From the IMG/VR virus record IMGVR_UViG_3300035498_001541: DNA of 64,000 nucleotides. The stretch is one strand, 5' to 3'. Made by a program: the position numbers and the translations under genes. Each line of letters begins with the position of its first letter. The stretch's first letter is position 1. This document shows, in pieces, positions 1 through 10,600 of this stretch. The notes below the pieces were generated by a model that searched no databases, was not told the DNA's origin, and saw only the letters and a program-made list of their open reading frames with translations. This stretch comes from an uncultured virus (IMG/VR IMGVR_UViG_3300035498_001541) (Duplodnaviria; Heunggongvirae; Uroviricota; Caudoviricetes).

Positions 1-3000
1 ATCTAAAGGCTTCTCCGGAAAATCTGGTTGTAGTGTCTTAATTACCTCACCAATTCTGTCCTCAACATACTGAGCCCTTAATGGCTTAATCAAATCATCC
101 CAAGGATGCTCAAATACTGTCTTCTCTCTAAACTCTCCGGCATCATACCTCTTTATCATTCTCTCCACAAAGTACACTGGAGCCTCTCTTGCATCATCCT
201 TGCACTCGCCCCAAGAATCTCCCATATTGATACCCACAAAATACTTAGTGTGACCCTTCATTGTAATCATACAAGCTTTCTTTACAATCTTGTAAATAAG
301 CATAGGGTTTACGTCATTCTTAACACTGCAAAGTAGCTCATCATGAATCAACATATACCACTTTACTTTGTCTTGAATCCCATATTTTTCACACTCTTGA
401 TAAAAGCGTATCAGGATTATTCTAAAGATCTCTGCGGCAGTTGCCTGTATTGGATAGTTACCTGCCTTACGTCTAATACTAGCTTCCTCCGGCGTGTATT
501 CACCCTGCGCCCTTCTTGCAGCACCGGCTGGTGACAAATCCACACCCTCAAGACTAAAGGTACGATAAAAACCAAGAATATTCTCACACTTGCTGATAGG
601 CGAAGGAATCTTCTTACCCTCTGCATCAAGCAAGTACTCCCCATTCTCATCCTTCTTGTAGGCATCCATAAACTCTCTCAAGTCATCACTAATCTTCCAC
701 TCTGTAAGAGCTTCAGCACGTGACTTCTCAAGCAAGTCAATAATAGGTTTGTTCTGTTGACGCCACTTATGCAAGGTAACTCTAGTCTCCACCATATGCT
801 CCTTGCTCCTATCCTTAAACATCGTCTCACACATACTGGCATCACCCAAACCGTAAGGAACGCCGAAAGACACACTCTTTGCTTTCTTTCTCTCTTTCTT
901 AGAAATACGGTATGCAGGCTTACCCTCAACCATAGAAGCTGTCTCTGTATGGTAGTCATTCTCTGGATTGCACATCTTCTTAATCATTGGTTCAAACTTT
1001 GCTAAAGAAAGCATGATACGGTATTCAATCTGAGCCATATCAAAATCCAACAAATAGTCATCATCCGAATAGGGCTTCACAACTGCTTTCAAGCTTCCTT
1101 TCATTGTCTGACCCGGATTAGAGATTCTTCGAGTTTCGATACGAGCCATATTATAGCCCTTAAAAATCTTGCCCTCCAGATTGTTCTCTGCCATTGGTTT
1201 GTAGTACCCTGTGTACTCTTTATTCAGCTCTGTGTACTTCTGAATTATCAGAGCCAGCGGGTATTTAAGACTGTTAAACTGTTTGGCACTAATCAATACC
1301 AAACTATCAGCCTTCTTACCCTTGCCCTCAGCTCTCAGCTTTGCAACCTCGGCATGAGTAGCACCATACACCAAAATATCAGCCTGCAACTTTCTTGGTG
1401 CTATGTCACCCTCTTTCAGCTCATCCCTCAGCAACTTAGAAATAGCGTACTTGTCAATCTTAGGCAACCGTTTCTTTCCCTCAGTGTAAGCCTTTATTGG
1501 GTATTTCATAATATCGTACAGTACAGTTCTCAGCTGAGCCGGTTTAAACTCAAACTCATATCTAGCATTTGGGTCAGGAACTACTGCATCAACTGCAGCT
1601 TTGTATTCTTCCTCACTCTTAAACTTGCCAGACTCCCAAGCCAGCTTCAAAACCTTTAGCTCATTAGAGTATTGAACAAAAACACCAACATAGGAATACA
1701 TAGCATTTTTCAGAATCTCAATATTCTGATAGTTCTGCTCTGCCAACTCCTGCACTTTCTCCTGCACTGTATTCATTCCCCAGTACTCAGACTGATACAG
1801 AATATTATCCATTGGAACATCCTGTCTCTGATACCAGTAATACATCTTGTCAGACATCAAAGACCTCAGCTTATAGAAGCAAGCCAAAGTATAGTCTGCA
1901 TCAGCGCAACCGTATATCTCTGCAACTTCCCTGTCAGCTAAATATCGGTACTTGTCCTCATTACCCTTTCCTAACACATCTTCCAACTCTGGAGTCTCGT
2001 GATGGAAAAACAACCTTGTCAATACCTTCAACTTCTTGCTACCTCTGACAGTAACAGGATTAATATCAAAAGCCATCTGCAAGGTATTGTTGTTAAAGTA
2101 AAACTTCTTACCTAAATCAAAGAAAACACGACCATCGAATGGGCTGTTATGCCCAATAAGATTGATAGTGTCTCTTTCAAAGACGACAGACTTCTTTACA
2201 AGCTTATCGCCACTCTTATTTTCTTCTCCACCAAAAGCTGTCATCTCATTAGTAGAACTCTCACTATAGTCCAAGTATTCCAGAGTTCGCTCACCTTTGA
2301 AATTCTCAAACAGCTCTGCTAAACGCTCGGATACATATTCATTTGGGACATTATCAAAATGCTCCATATCAGTAAAGATTACGTTGGAGTGCCCGACCTC
2401 CCAACAAATAGGAACTGCGACACAGTGGCACTTATCCGGATTATCCTTACTAAGATTGTACACAAGCAAGCCGTCCGTCTCGGTATCGACAGCAACATCA
2501 AGCTGTTTACCTGTCTTCTGGCACTCAATAATCTTCTTAGCCAACGGTCTCATAATCTTCAGCTCAAAGTCCTGCTTAGTGCAAATTGACTTGTAATCTT
2601 TTTGCAGTACACCATCCTTTTTGTACCAAGACATATCGAGCATTCTGTCCAGAATATCAAAACTGATATCCTTAAGCGTAGCAACCATTACTTTCTTTGA
2701 CTGCTCTTTCTGGATAGGACTGTATGTAAGCTTCTTCAGTGGCAACCGGTATTCCATCTTGTTCAGCTCGAACTCAATATTGGAAGTCTTAACCCGGAGA
2801 TAGCTGTATTCGTCATTATGCTTCTCAAAGTTAAACTCCAGATTTTCATCCGCCGCATCGAAAGAAACCACTTCTTCACCCAACTCAATATTTCTCTCGT
2901 TAGTGAAAACGTCTTTCTTGTTAAACCTATAACTCCTAGCAAAACTAATACCATCCAATACTCGGAGAAGTACATTAGGTGTACCATATGCTTCTGTTGT

Positions 3001-3213
3001 GCCAGACTTCTTCAGTCTTTTAATAGCTTCAACAACATAGCCCGGGTCGTAATATTTACTCAGCAGTTTTACTTCCCTAATCACAACGTGCTTTGTCTCA
3101 CCGCCAATCGCAGCCTCAAAAGCATCTTCTTTATGGTATGGTGAAAGCAACGCAAAAAACTCAGAGTCCTTCAAACTATACATGCAAAGAAACATCTCAG
3201 AACCATTAGCCAT
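1..3213 (-). CDS. polA: Family A DNA polymerase with 3'-5' exonuclease, 3'-truncated by the window edge (at least 1071 aa)
   Basis: Manual translation from ATG 3213 (MANGSEMF...) is open to base 1. It shows ExoI VAVDTETDGL, ExoII IGHNSPFD, ExoIII YGCADAD, motif A DFDMAQIEYR, motif B RKKAKSVSFGVPYG, GNYPIQATAAEIF and motif C IHDEL. It is absent from the ORF track because there is no stop codon in the window. Confidence 0.95.
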   Translation of the reverse strand, partial: MANGSEMFLCMYSLKDSEFFALLSPYHKEDAFEAAIGGETKHVVIREVKLLSKYYDPGYVVEAIKRLKKSGTTEAYGTPNVLLRVLDGISFARSYRFNKKDVFTNERNIELGEEVVSFDAADENLEFNFEKHNDEYSYLRVKTSNIEFELNKMEYRLPLKKLTYSPIQKEQSKKVMVATLKDISFDILDRMLDMSWYKKDGVLQKDYKSICTKQDFELKIMRPLAKKIIECQKTGKQLDVAVDTETDGLLVYNLSKDNPDKCHCVAVPICWEVGHSNVIFTDMEHFDNVPNEYVSERLAELFENFKGERTLEYLDYSESSTNEMTAFGGEENKSGDKLVKKSVVFERDTINLIGHNSPFDGRVFFDLGKKFYFNNNTLQMAFDINPVTVRGSKKLKVLTRLFFHHETPELEDVLGKGNEDKYRYLADREVAEIYGCADADYTLACFYKLRSLMSDKMYYWYQRQDVPMDNILYQSEYWGMNTVQEKVQELAEQNYQNIEILKNAMYSYVGVFVQYSNELKVLKLAWESGKFKSEEEYKAAVDAVVPDPNARYEFEFKPAQLRTVLYDIMKYPIKAYTEGKKRLPKIDKYAISKLLRDELKEGDIAPRKLQADILVYGATHAEVAKLRAEGKGKKADSLVLISAKQFNSLKYPLALIIQKYTELNKEYTGYYKPMAENNLEGKIFKGYNMARIETRRISNPGQTMKGSLKAVVKPYSDDDYLLDFDMAQIEYRIMLSLAKFEPMIKKMCNPENDYHTETASMVEGKPAYRISKKERKKAKSVSFGVPYGLGDASMCETMFKDRSKEHMVETRVTLHKWRQQNKPIIDLLEKSRAEALTEWKISDDLREFMDAYKKDENGEYLLDAEGKKIPSPISKCENILGFYRTFSLEGVDLSPAGAARRAQGEYTPEEASIRRKAGNYPIQATAAEIFRIILIRFYQECEKYGIQDKVKWYMLIHDELLCSVKNDVNPMLIYKIVKKACMITMKGHTKYFVGINMGDSWGECKDDAREAPVYFVERMIKRYDAGEFREKTVFEHPWDDLIKPLRAQYVEDRIGEVIKTLQPDFPEKPLD

Positions 3214-4021
3214 AAATTTTCCAGCCAACATCATTTCTAAGCACCTCCCCAACATATTCATAAGTTCTGTAAGTTCTGAAAGCAACACTATAACTAAACC
3301 CATCATTAAACTTCAGCTCAACCATCTCGTTAAAAGATGACTCAACTGTAGCCACAATTGAAGAATAGCTACTACTCCTAATCACACCCTTACCATAACC
3401 GGCACCTTCCATTTCTCTTAGAGCCTGTAATACTGTACACCATTTCATATGGCTCAATGTACCCAACACAGTCTCGTAGAACTGAAACACCACCCAAGGA
3501 AGTCTGTCGTGATAATACATATCCATTTCTTTTGTTCGATTTGACAGCTCAATAAATGACTTCTCCAAATCTTCGCTGGCATCAAGCAGCTTGCCGAAAT
3601 CAGACCCAATAGACTCTTTGAAGTCATAATTCAGAATAGACCTAGATACAACACTATAGTCATCAATCCTGCGAATATCATCTATCTTGCACCCGTATGC
3701 TCTATTTAAAACCAAGTCCAGACAATCACTGAAATCTACAACCATTGAGAGCATCCTGGAGCTTCTTGAAAGATTCAATGCCTCGAGCTCAAACATATTA
3801 TCGCACTCAGCATCCCCAATATAACTAATCTTTCTTCCCTCTGCTAAAAGCAGATTCAAATGCTCCTTGTACCTCCTCAAATCAGATGGACTGGAGAAAA
3901 ACTCATCCAGCCCATTAAATTCTCTGTATGATTTATCAAGAACAAACGGTCTTGTTGCTAAAGCCTTTCGCTGTCTACTAGCTTTGGCAACAACATCTTT
4001 ATTAAATAAATCTACTTGCAA
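3206..4021 (-). CDS. Hypothetical protein (271 aa)
   Basis: TTG start with GGAGG RBS; overlaps both neighbours; no family recognised. Confidence 0.75.
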   Translation of the reverse strand: MQVDLFNKDVVAKASRQRKALATRPFVLDKSYREFNGLDEFFSSPSDLRRYKEHLNLLLAEGRKISYIGDAECDNMFELEALNLSRSSRMLSMVVDFSDCLDLVLNRAYGCKIDDIRRIDDYSVVSRSILNYDFKESIGSDFGKLLDASEDLEKSFIELSNRTKEMDMYYHDRLPWVVFQFYETVLGTLSHMKWCTVLQALREMEGAGYGKGVIRSSSYSSIVATVESSFNEMVELKFNDGFSYSVAFRTYRTYEYVGEVLRNDVGWKIYG

Positions 4022-4253
4022 AGCTCAATACCTCCGAATCAAAAACTGGTTTTTCATCAAAAACCTCGATGTCTTTTGCATCTGTCCTGAAAGGTATAAA
4101 CTTGTTATGTTCCAAATCGTAGAAGTGACTCTCCCTCGGTTCAACAAACAACTGTTTAAACCTTTCTTTGCACAGTGTCGTATGAATACACTGCTTAGTA
4201 CCATCTTCAAAGGTAATTACTACCCATGCATCTCCTTCTAAAAGTCTTTTCAA
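4002..4253 (-). CDS. Small SH3-barrel / WYL_2 (DUF2693)-like protein
   Basis: Pattern LLEG..V.ITFEDGT....TTL...FYDLE.NKFIPFR resembles phage WYL_2 proteins. Confidence 0.5.
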   Translation of the reverse strand: MKRLLEGDAWVVITFEDGTKQCIHTTLCKERFKQLFVEPRESHFYDLEHNKFIPFRTDAKDIEVFDEKPVFDSEVLSFASRFI

Positions 4254-4256
4254 AGT

Positions 4257-7052
4257 TTACCTCCCATTAACTTCGATTCTGTATAAAATGTCTCTAACAT
4301 CGTCAGCCTCCATCTTAATAACATCGCATGACTTAATAATGCTACTATAGACAACCTTGTAACCATACCGATGGATATAAACGCTCTTATTATCTTCCTT
4401 TCTCCGATAGCAATACCTTGAGCCATTAAACATCGCAAATTCAAGATGATCAAAGTTAAGAACCCCCTCAAGTGTCCTTGAAATCTTGACAAGATTCGGG
4501 TCGATAGCCATAGTAGCAATAGACTGACTTGTTTTCATTAGTGCTTCTTCGAGGTCAGAGTCATATGACACTGGGTCGCCTAAAAACTGATAGGCTGAAT
4601 CCACTCTGCTCTGCACAGTCTCAAAAACATCAAAAGTTTCTGAGAGATTAGCAAACAATCTCTGAAAAGTTGTCAACAGCTTCTGTTCTCTCTTCTGCTC
4701 AGCTGCCACATACTCTCTTGCTTCAAGCTCTGACGGCAAATACATCTTAGCCCTATACTTGATAGCTGAATTCTTGTGATTGTTAAGAAACGCTAAATTA
4801 TCTGTGTTCACAACAGTTCTGCTCAGTCTAAGACTGGTCTCCTTTCCAGCCGCAATTGCGAAAAGAAGGCACAAGTCATCCTGAGAAACAGACTCCATTG
4901 TATCAATAAGCTCCCAATACATAGTAAAGAACTGGTAAACAGAACCAGCAACACACCAGAAGCTCCTGTACTCTTCCCATGATGGACTCTGCATAGAATT
5001 TTCATCAAGACCTGCTCCCCAAAAAATATTCATACACTTCTTGATTGCTTTGAACCTAAGCACCAAAATTCCGCTGATAGTCTCTCCGCCAAGACGCTCT
5101 TCAAATTCCCCATTAATCTGAAAATCACTGAGCATATCCTCGCTGTAAAACTGATAGTTCTCATCATCGTCAGTGACAGGGTTTTCTTCAAGAATCATAA
5201 GCTGCTCCATCATCCATGCGAAAACTGCGGCACACGAAAAACCATAGATAGATTTTGACATTTCTGTATTCAACCCGAGCAGCTTCTTTGAGTACGAAAC
5301 AGAAAACTTCTCAAGAGTTGCAATATCTCTATCCTCGCACGCCTGCTTAAACTTCTTTAGTTCTGGATCTTCTAAATTAGGTTTTACCAGATTATACCAA
5401 CTTGAATGCACATGATTGATATCTTTCTTTAATTTAGCATCCAAGTCATTCCCACGCATCTTTGATACTGCAGTCCCAATATAAGAAATTGGCATACTTC
5501 TCAACGACTGCATCACCAAATCGCTCTTTAGTAATTTCTCCTGTGATAAAATATCATATACTGTGTCATTGGACATAATACCATTCAAGTCGGGTTTCTT
5601 CCTAGAGTAGTCCTCATTCACAGCGGTACACAGTGGCTTAATATCGCCATTGTAATTTACATATTCCTCGAAGGTATGCACCCTCCGCAACCTGTCGGGG
5701 TATCTGAAAATATCGACAGGCATAGAGTTCATAGTAACACTCGTTTTGTTACTAGCACTACTTAAAAACTCTAATAAATCCTTCAGAGCCAAGTATCCGT
5801 CCAGAAGAATCTGTAACATCTGACCATTTGTTTCCTTGTGTTTTGTATTTATTCCCTCAAAAGAAAACAATCTAGCACCATTCTTGTCAGGTGTTTCGCA
5901 GGTAACATTCTTTACATTCTGGAACAGCTTTGAGAATACTTCTTCTTTACGAATACCATTCTTTAAAACATCCTCAAAGACAGGGCACAACTTAATCCTA
6001 TGCCGCATCTTCAAACCAATAGTCTCTGAGCTCGTAATGGCATCTGAATTCTCGTAATCCTCGAAGGTCACAGTAATTCCCGCTAAACTTACCTTTGTCC
6101 TAAACTCTTTCTCCTTGGGGCTAAGTGTTTGTGCTCTGTGGAATGAGAAAATATCGTAAGAAGCATACCCCGTATTATTGTGCTCAAACAACAATACTGA
6201 AGCTCTGTTAATCCTACTACATACACCAATAAAGTTAATTGGGTGTTCTTTCCTTTCCACATCGACTTCGTACCGGTCAATAATATCAGCTTCGTCATCA
6301 CTATTAGCCGATGGCACAGAACTATTCAGTCCAACCTTGTACAAAATATTTGTAAACTTCGTGTGGTCTCCATTACCAAAAGACTTATCAACCTCTGATG
6401 CAAACCAATCAAAAGGTCCTTTGGCTTCAGACTTTGCATTTCGAAAGAAGAACGCATCCGGTGTACCAGTTTCTGGAGAGTATGCACCATTAGAACATCT
6501 TCTATCTACAAAATCAGTAAAAGCCGCTAACACCTCTTCTATCTTTGCATCAGTAAGGTCATTTGTTGAAAGACCATCTGCTGACTTTGAGTAGCGACGT
6601 TTCATCCATGACCTAAAGTGAGTTCTAAACATTGAAGTGCTCATATACCTCACAATCAATTTATTTAGATTGAAGTTATAATACAGCTCCATTGCCTCTC
6701 GGTAGACCTTTTTGATAGTTGACTTCTCAAGGTAAGCCGACAATTTTCTTCCTTCACTGGCAGTTGTGATACCTTTGTAGTACTTCAACTCAACAAGAAC
6801 GGCATTGCTGTCAAAGTACATAAGTAAGAATTTAATTGGGTCCATCTTACTCTTTTTCCAACTACCTGTTAGAAGCTTTCTATTTTCAATTATTTTTGCA
6901 CGCTCGTCCTCAGTTTTTACAGTATTAGTCCCCTCGAAACTCAATACCATTTTTGCAGCTCTAATTTCCCCTAAGCTATCTAAAGCTATTGCAATCAAAA
7001 ACTGTGCATAGCTAATATTGAGTTTACTTTCTCTGTAATCATTAAGAAACAT
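4257..7052 (-). CDS. Large hypothetical protein (931 aa), possibly with a sigma-like N-terminal region
   Basis: Long ORF with AGGAGGA-type RBS; weak resemblance to sigma regions 2 and 3.2 (see findings). Confidence 0.8.
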   Translation of the reverse strand: MFLNDYRESKLNISYAQFLIAIALDSLGEIRAAKMVLSFEGTNTVKTEDERAKIIENRKLLTGSWKKSKMDPIKFLLMYFDSNAVLVELKYYKGITTASEGRKLSAYLEKSTIKKVYREAMELYYNFNLNKLIVRYMSTSMFRTHFRSWMKRRYSKSADGLSTNDLTDAKIEEVLAAFTDFVDRRCSNGAYSPETGTPDAFFFRNAKSEAKGPFDWFASEVDKSFGNGDHTKFTNILYKVGLNSSVPSANSDDEADIIDRYEVDVERKEHPINFIGVCSRINRASVLLFEHNNTGYASYDIFSFHRAQTLSPKEKEFRTKVSLAGITVTFEDYENSDAITSSETIGLKMRHRIKLCPVFEDVLKNGIRKEEVFSKLFQNVKNVTCETPDKNGARLFSFEGINTKHKETNGQMLQILLDGYLALKDLLEFLSSASNKTSVTMNSMPVDIFRYPDRLRRVHTFEEYVNYNGDIKPLCTAVNEDYSRKKPDLNGIMSNDTVYDILSQEKLLKSDLVMQSLRSMPISYIGTAVSKMRGNDLDAKLKKDINHVHSSWYNLVKPNLEDPELKKFKQACEDRDIATLEKFSVSYSKKLLGLNTEMSKSIYGFSCAAVFAWMMEQLMILEENPVTDDDENYQFYSEDMLSDFQINGEFEERLGGETISGILVLRFKAIKKCMNIFWGAGLDENSMQSPSWEEYRSFWCVAGSVYQFFTMYWELIDTMESVSQDDLCLLFAIAAGKETSLRLSRTVVNTDNLAFLNNHKNSAIKYRAKMYLPSELEAREYVAAEQKREQKLLTTFQRLFANLSETFDVFETVQSRVDSAYQFLGDPVSYDSDLEEALMKTSQSIATMAIDPNLVKISRTLEGVLNFDHLEFAMFNGSRYCYRRKEDNKSVYIHRYGYKVVYSSIIKSCDVIKMEADDVRDILYRIEVNGR

Positions 7053-7075
7053 TAAAAGTCCTCCATCCTAAAATG

Positions 7076-7594
7076 CTAAAGCATTAAAACTGTTTTCAGA
7101 AAGCCGTATATTATCAACACATACACCACTACGGCAATACATGAAATTAGTGGATTGTGCATCCTAAAGGGAAGCCCCACTATCCAACACACAACATTCC
7201 AAATGGCAACAAACGCAATTACAAAAATTTTCTGTATACTGAAAACTATTGTATCGAAAATCTTTGATGCATACCCCACTGCAACACGTCCATCAAACTT
7301 ATCACTCTTTTCCCTATTGCACCGCTGGCAAGCTGCCACTAAATTATACCTTGCATTTTGCCCCAAAGGATTATTCAGTGGCGTGACATGGTCTACCTCG
7401 ACATTACCCCTGCCGACCAACAACTTACCACAGTATGCACACTTCCAAACACAACCAAAAAGCCCTGGATTATGTTTAAAGTATTCGGTACGGTAATCCA
7501 TCCTATCTCTCTTTGCTTGACTATAACTTCTTGTCTGATTACCACGATAATTCCTTGAACTCCGGTTCCTTGAATTATAATAACCCGAATTCAT
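7076..7594 (-). CDS. HNH endonuclease with C-terminal transmembrane helices
   Basis: CAYCG...VEVDHVTP...NARYNLVAACQRCNREK followed by two hydrophobic segments. Confidence 0.85.
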   Translation of the reverse strand: MNSGYYNSRNRSSRNYRGNQTRSYSQAKRDRMDYRTEYFKHNPGLFGCVWKCAYCGKLLVGRGNVEVDHVTPLNNPLGQNARYNLVAACQRCNREKSDKFDGRVAVGYASKIFDTIVFSIQKIFVIAFVAIWNVVCWIVGLPFRMHNPLISCIAVVVYVLIIYGFLKTVLML

Positions 7595-7610
7595 CTAAAC
7601 ACCCCCAAAC

Positions 7611-7640
7611 AAAAATGTGCAGGGAGTCGAACCCTGCACA
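7611..7640 (-). terminator. Intrinsic terminator after the RNA polymerase gene
   Basis: Perfect 9-bp stem TGTGCAGGG/CCCTGCACA followed by TTTTT on the minus strand. Confidence 0.75.
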
Positions 7641-7650
7641 CCTACAAAAT

Positions 7651-10600
7651 TTAAAAGAAATTCATTGAATCAACTTCACCGCTACTGTTACCTGCAATCT
7701 CTGGATTATCTTCTTTCTCCTCTGAATCCTCTGTACTTGCACTTGCTTCAAAGTCAACATCATCGTCGAAGTCGAAGTCATCCTCAAACTCATCAAAGTC
7801 TTGCTCTGTGAAATCGGTTACATAGTAAAACTCATATTCTGTCTTACCTCTTTCAGCAATTAGAGAATCCACAGTTCCCGGAGACAAGATACACCCACTT
7901 GGCAAAACAGAAACATCCGCAACAACTGGGCTGCCAATACTAATCTCTCTTACCTGTGTACACTCTGTCAAAAGCTCACTATTAAGGAAGTACCTAATGG
8001 TACACTCAACAGTATTACTTTCCTCTACAAGCTCCTCTGCTTCCTCCACAGGCTCTTCTTTCTCTACACTGCTAAAGGCATCCATTGCACCTAAGCCATC
8101 GCTCTGAGCAACAGGCTCCTCAACACTTTCTGGTTCATCAAGAAGAATACTATCATCGAAGAAGTCCATATCAAAGGAGCTATCGCCCCCACCGAAACCT
8201 GCGGACTCAATCATCTGAATATAGTCCTCTTCAGTCTCAGTGTCATCCTCCAAACTAATATCACCAAAAAGTGAATCACTTACTGGATTAGACAAAACCT
8301 TCAACTCACTAGAGCCAACCTCTTGACCAATACTGATATTACCTATTGGTGAGTTATTAGTAGCACAATCACTCTTAAGGTCACTCATAGTGGCCCTTGC
8401 AATAACAGGTGCTTGCTCTGCAAAAGTCAATGCGGCAATCAAACCACTGTTCCTAAGAATAGTATCTTTGTTATCTGCTGTTTTCATCATATATTGTACG
8501 GAATCTCCTGCAGCCATCAAATCACTGATTTTATATACACCACCAATAGCAAATTGGGGGTTATCAGAACTCGTTACAATCGCATGTTGGTTCTGTACAA
8601 TTACGAGAATCTCGAAATGCCTTGCGTTAATATCGATACTACTGTCATGGAAAATATTATAGTAGTTATGAATCCAAATCATCTGCTTACGTCTAAGAAC
8701 AACGTCAACACTCTTGTCGTCCTTCACACTATGGATACCATCTGCCACTAAAGGATACTTTGTAACCGGATACCCGGAATCAACCCATTCTCCATTCTTA
8801 ACAGACAGCATCTCATTAGGCACTTTCTCTGGAACCATACACAGAGGGTCACTACTCTTATTCAAATCCTGCAAAGGACAATGACCTCCTGCTGATGCTA
8901 AACACTTCTGGCACATCTCACAATTTTCTTTATCAACTGGCTCTATACTAATTGTTGCAGCATCATCCATTTTACTGATACGAGCATACCCAGAAAACTC
9001 TGGTATACTTGCAACCTTTGCACTAGAGCCACCAACAACACTACCATTCAAGTATGCATTAAATGTCTGCACACCAGAAGACAGTGATGAACCTGCAGCA
9101 CCACCCTTGTTTACAACGTTCATCGTAAGCTGAGCGGCCGGCTCACCAATAGCCTGTGCTGCTTCTGTACCAACAACCTCTCCAACCTCTGGCAACTGCA
9201 AGTTAGAATACTTCAATCCATAGCAATGAGCACAAACGCCATTCTTTGCTTTACAATCGAGCATCACTCTTGCCTGTATTCTGCTAACTCCGTCCCTCTC
9301 AATATAGTCAAGAGTCTCCGGAGTAATAACATTTACAATCTCTCCAGTAGTATGATTAGTTCTGGCACTCAAGTACTTAATCTCTTTTGCTTCCCTGTAC
9401 AACAACTCACTCCGGCAAGCCTTTGTCATAGTATACCTGCACTCAAGATTACCATAGTTAGTTGCAATATTCATTACCTTGTAATTGTCGAAAGCCTGTA
9501 TAGCATCTGTCGTAAGCTCCTCATTCTCATCAACCAAGAAAGCAAACTTCTTCTTGTTCTCTGTATCAGCAGAAGATACAACAGACCCAAGCAAAATGTC
9601 AGGCTCTGCTACGATACTGTGTTCACCCTTTGAATCACGAATCGTAATCTGGTTAAACCCTTCACTCTGCAAAAGGCTAAAGGCTTCATCACCAAGCACA
9701 CCATTCTCAGTTGGAACCTCAATATCGCAAGAAATCAACTCATTGCCTCTGAGCTTCTCATCAAACCATTCTGAGGATGGCTCAAACCTGGACAACTCAT
9801 CAATCCTGTCATCCCAAACAACGTCATACCACCAATCGGTCTTACCGCAGTCACTTGCAGTAATCTTAAACCCATCGGTCATATAGACAACTTTACGAGT
9901 TGAGAAACCTGCATCTCTTGTCTCACGCTGTGTGGAAGCAACACCGGTTCTTGAAGAATAACTTGCCATATGCACATCGAAAGTATCAAGCCCCTCATAG
10001 TAGTTACTCGTTACAGAGTCAGACATATTCTCGACTTTAGTTTTCTCTAATACACCTATTGCACCACACATATGCATAAGCTGACTCAAATTACCTCTTG
10101 CACCAGAATCCATCATGATAAACAGATTGTTATTTCTGGAAATATTCTCTACAAGAGTATTCTGAATCTTCTGATTAGCTCCAAACTTCTTATCTGTGTA
10201 TAGAGAAAGTATAGCATCCTTAGCATCTTCCTCAGCAATCAAACCATTCTGCTGATCTTGCTCAATCAATGCTCTTTTTGCATTTACCTCCTCTAAAATC
10301 TGTTTCTTGTTGTTCTCAATATCTAAATCATCGATACTGATTGACACACCGAACAAATCTGAAAACTTAAACCCAAACTTCTCAATATCATAGTATGCAG
10401 AAATGCACCCTGATGCTGTCTCGTCTGAATCCAAATACAACTGCTTACAAATCTCCTGCAGATTGTAATACACTAAAGGCTCCTTGCCACCTTTTCCGCT
10501 GGTAATTACACCATCGTACTTCAGCTTGTAGAACTTACTCGTATCAATACCTGCAAGATTCAATGGATTGTCAAAAGGCTCTTCTGTAAAACCGTCCTCA

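Noticed and set aside
106..3144. Many short ORFs, suggesting a pseudogene or alternative genetic code
   Set aside because: They are shadows of one open minus-strand polA frame. Code 11 gives dense coding throughout, and TAG and TGA end real genes.
7616..7640. GGGTTCGACTCCC, resembling a tRNA T-arm
   Set aside because: There is no room for D and anticodon arms in the 56-bp gap; the stem plus U-tract fits a terminator.
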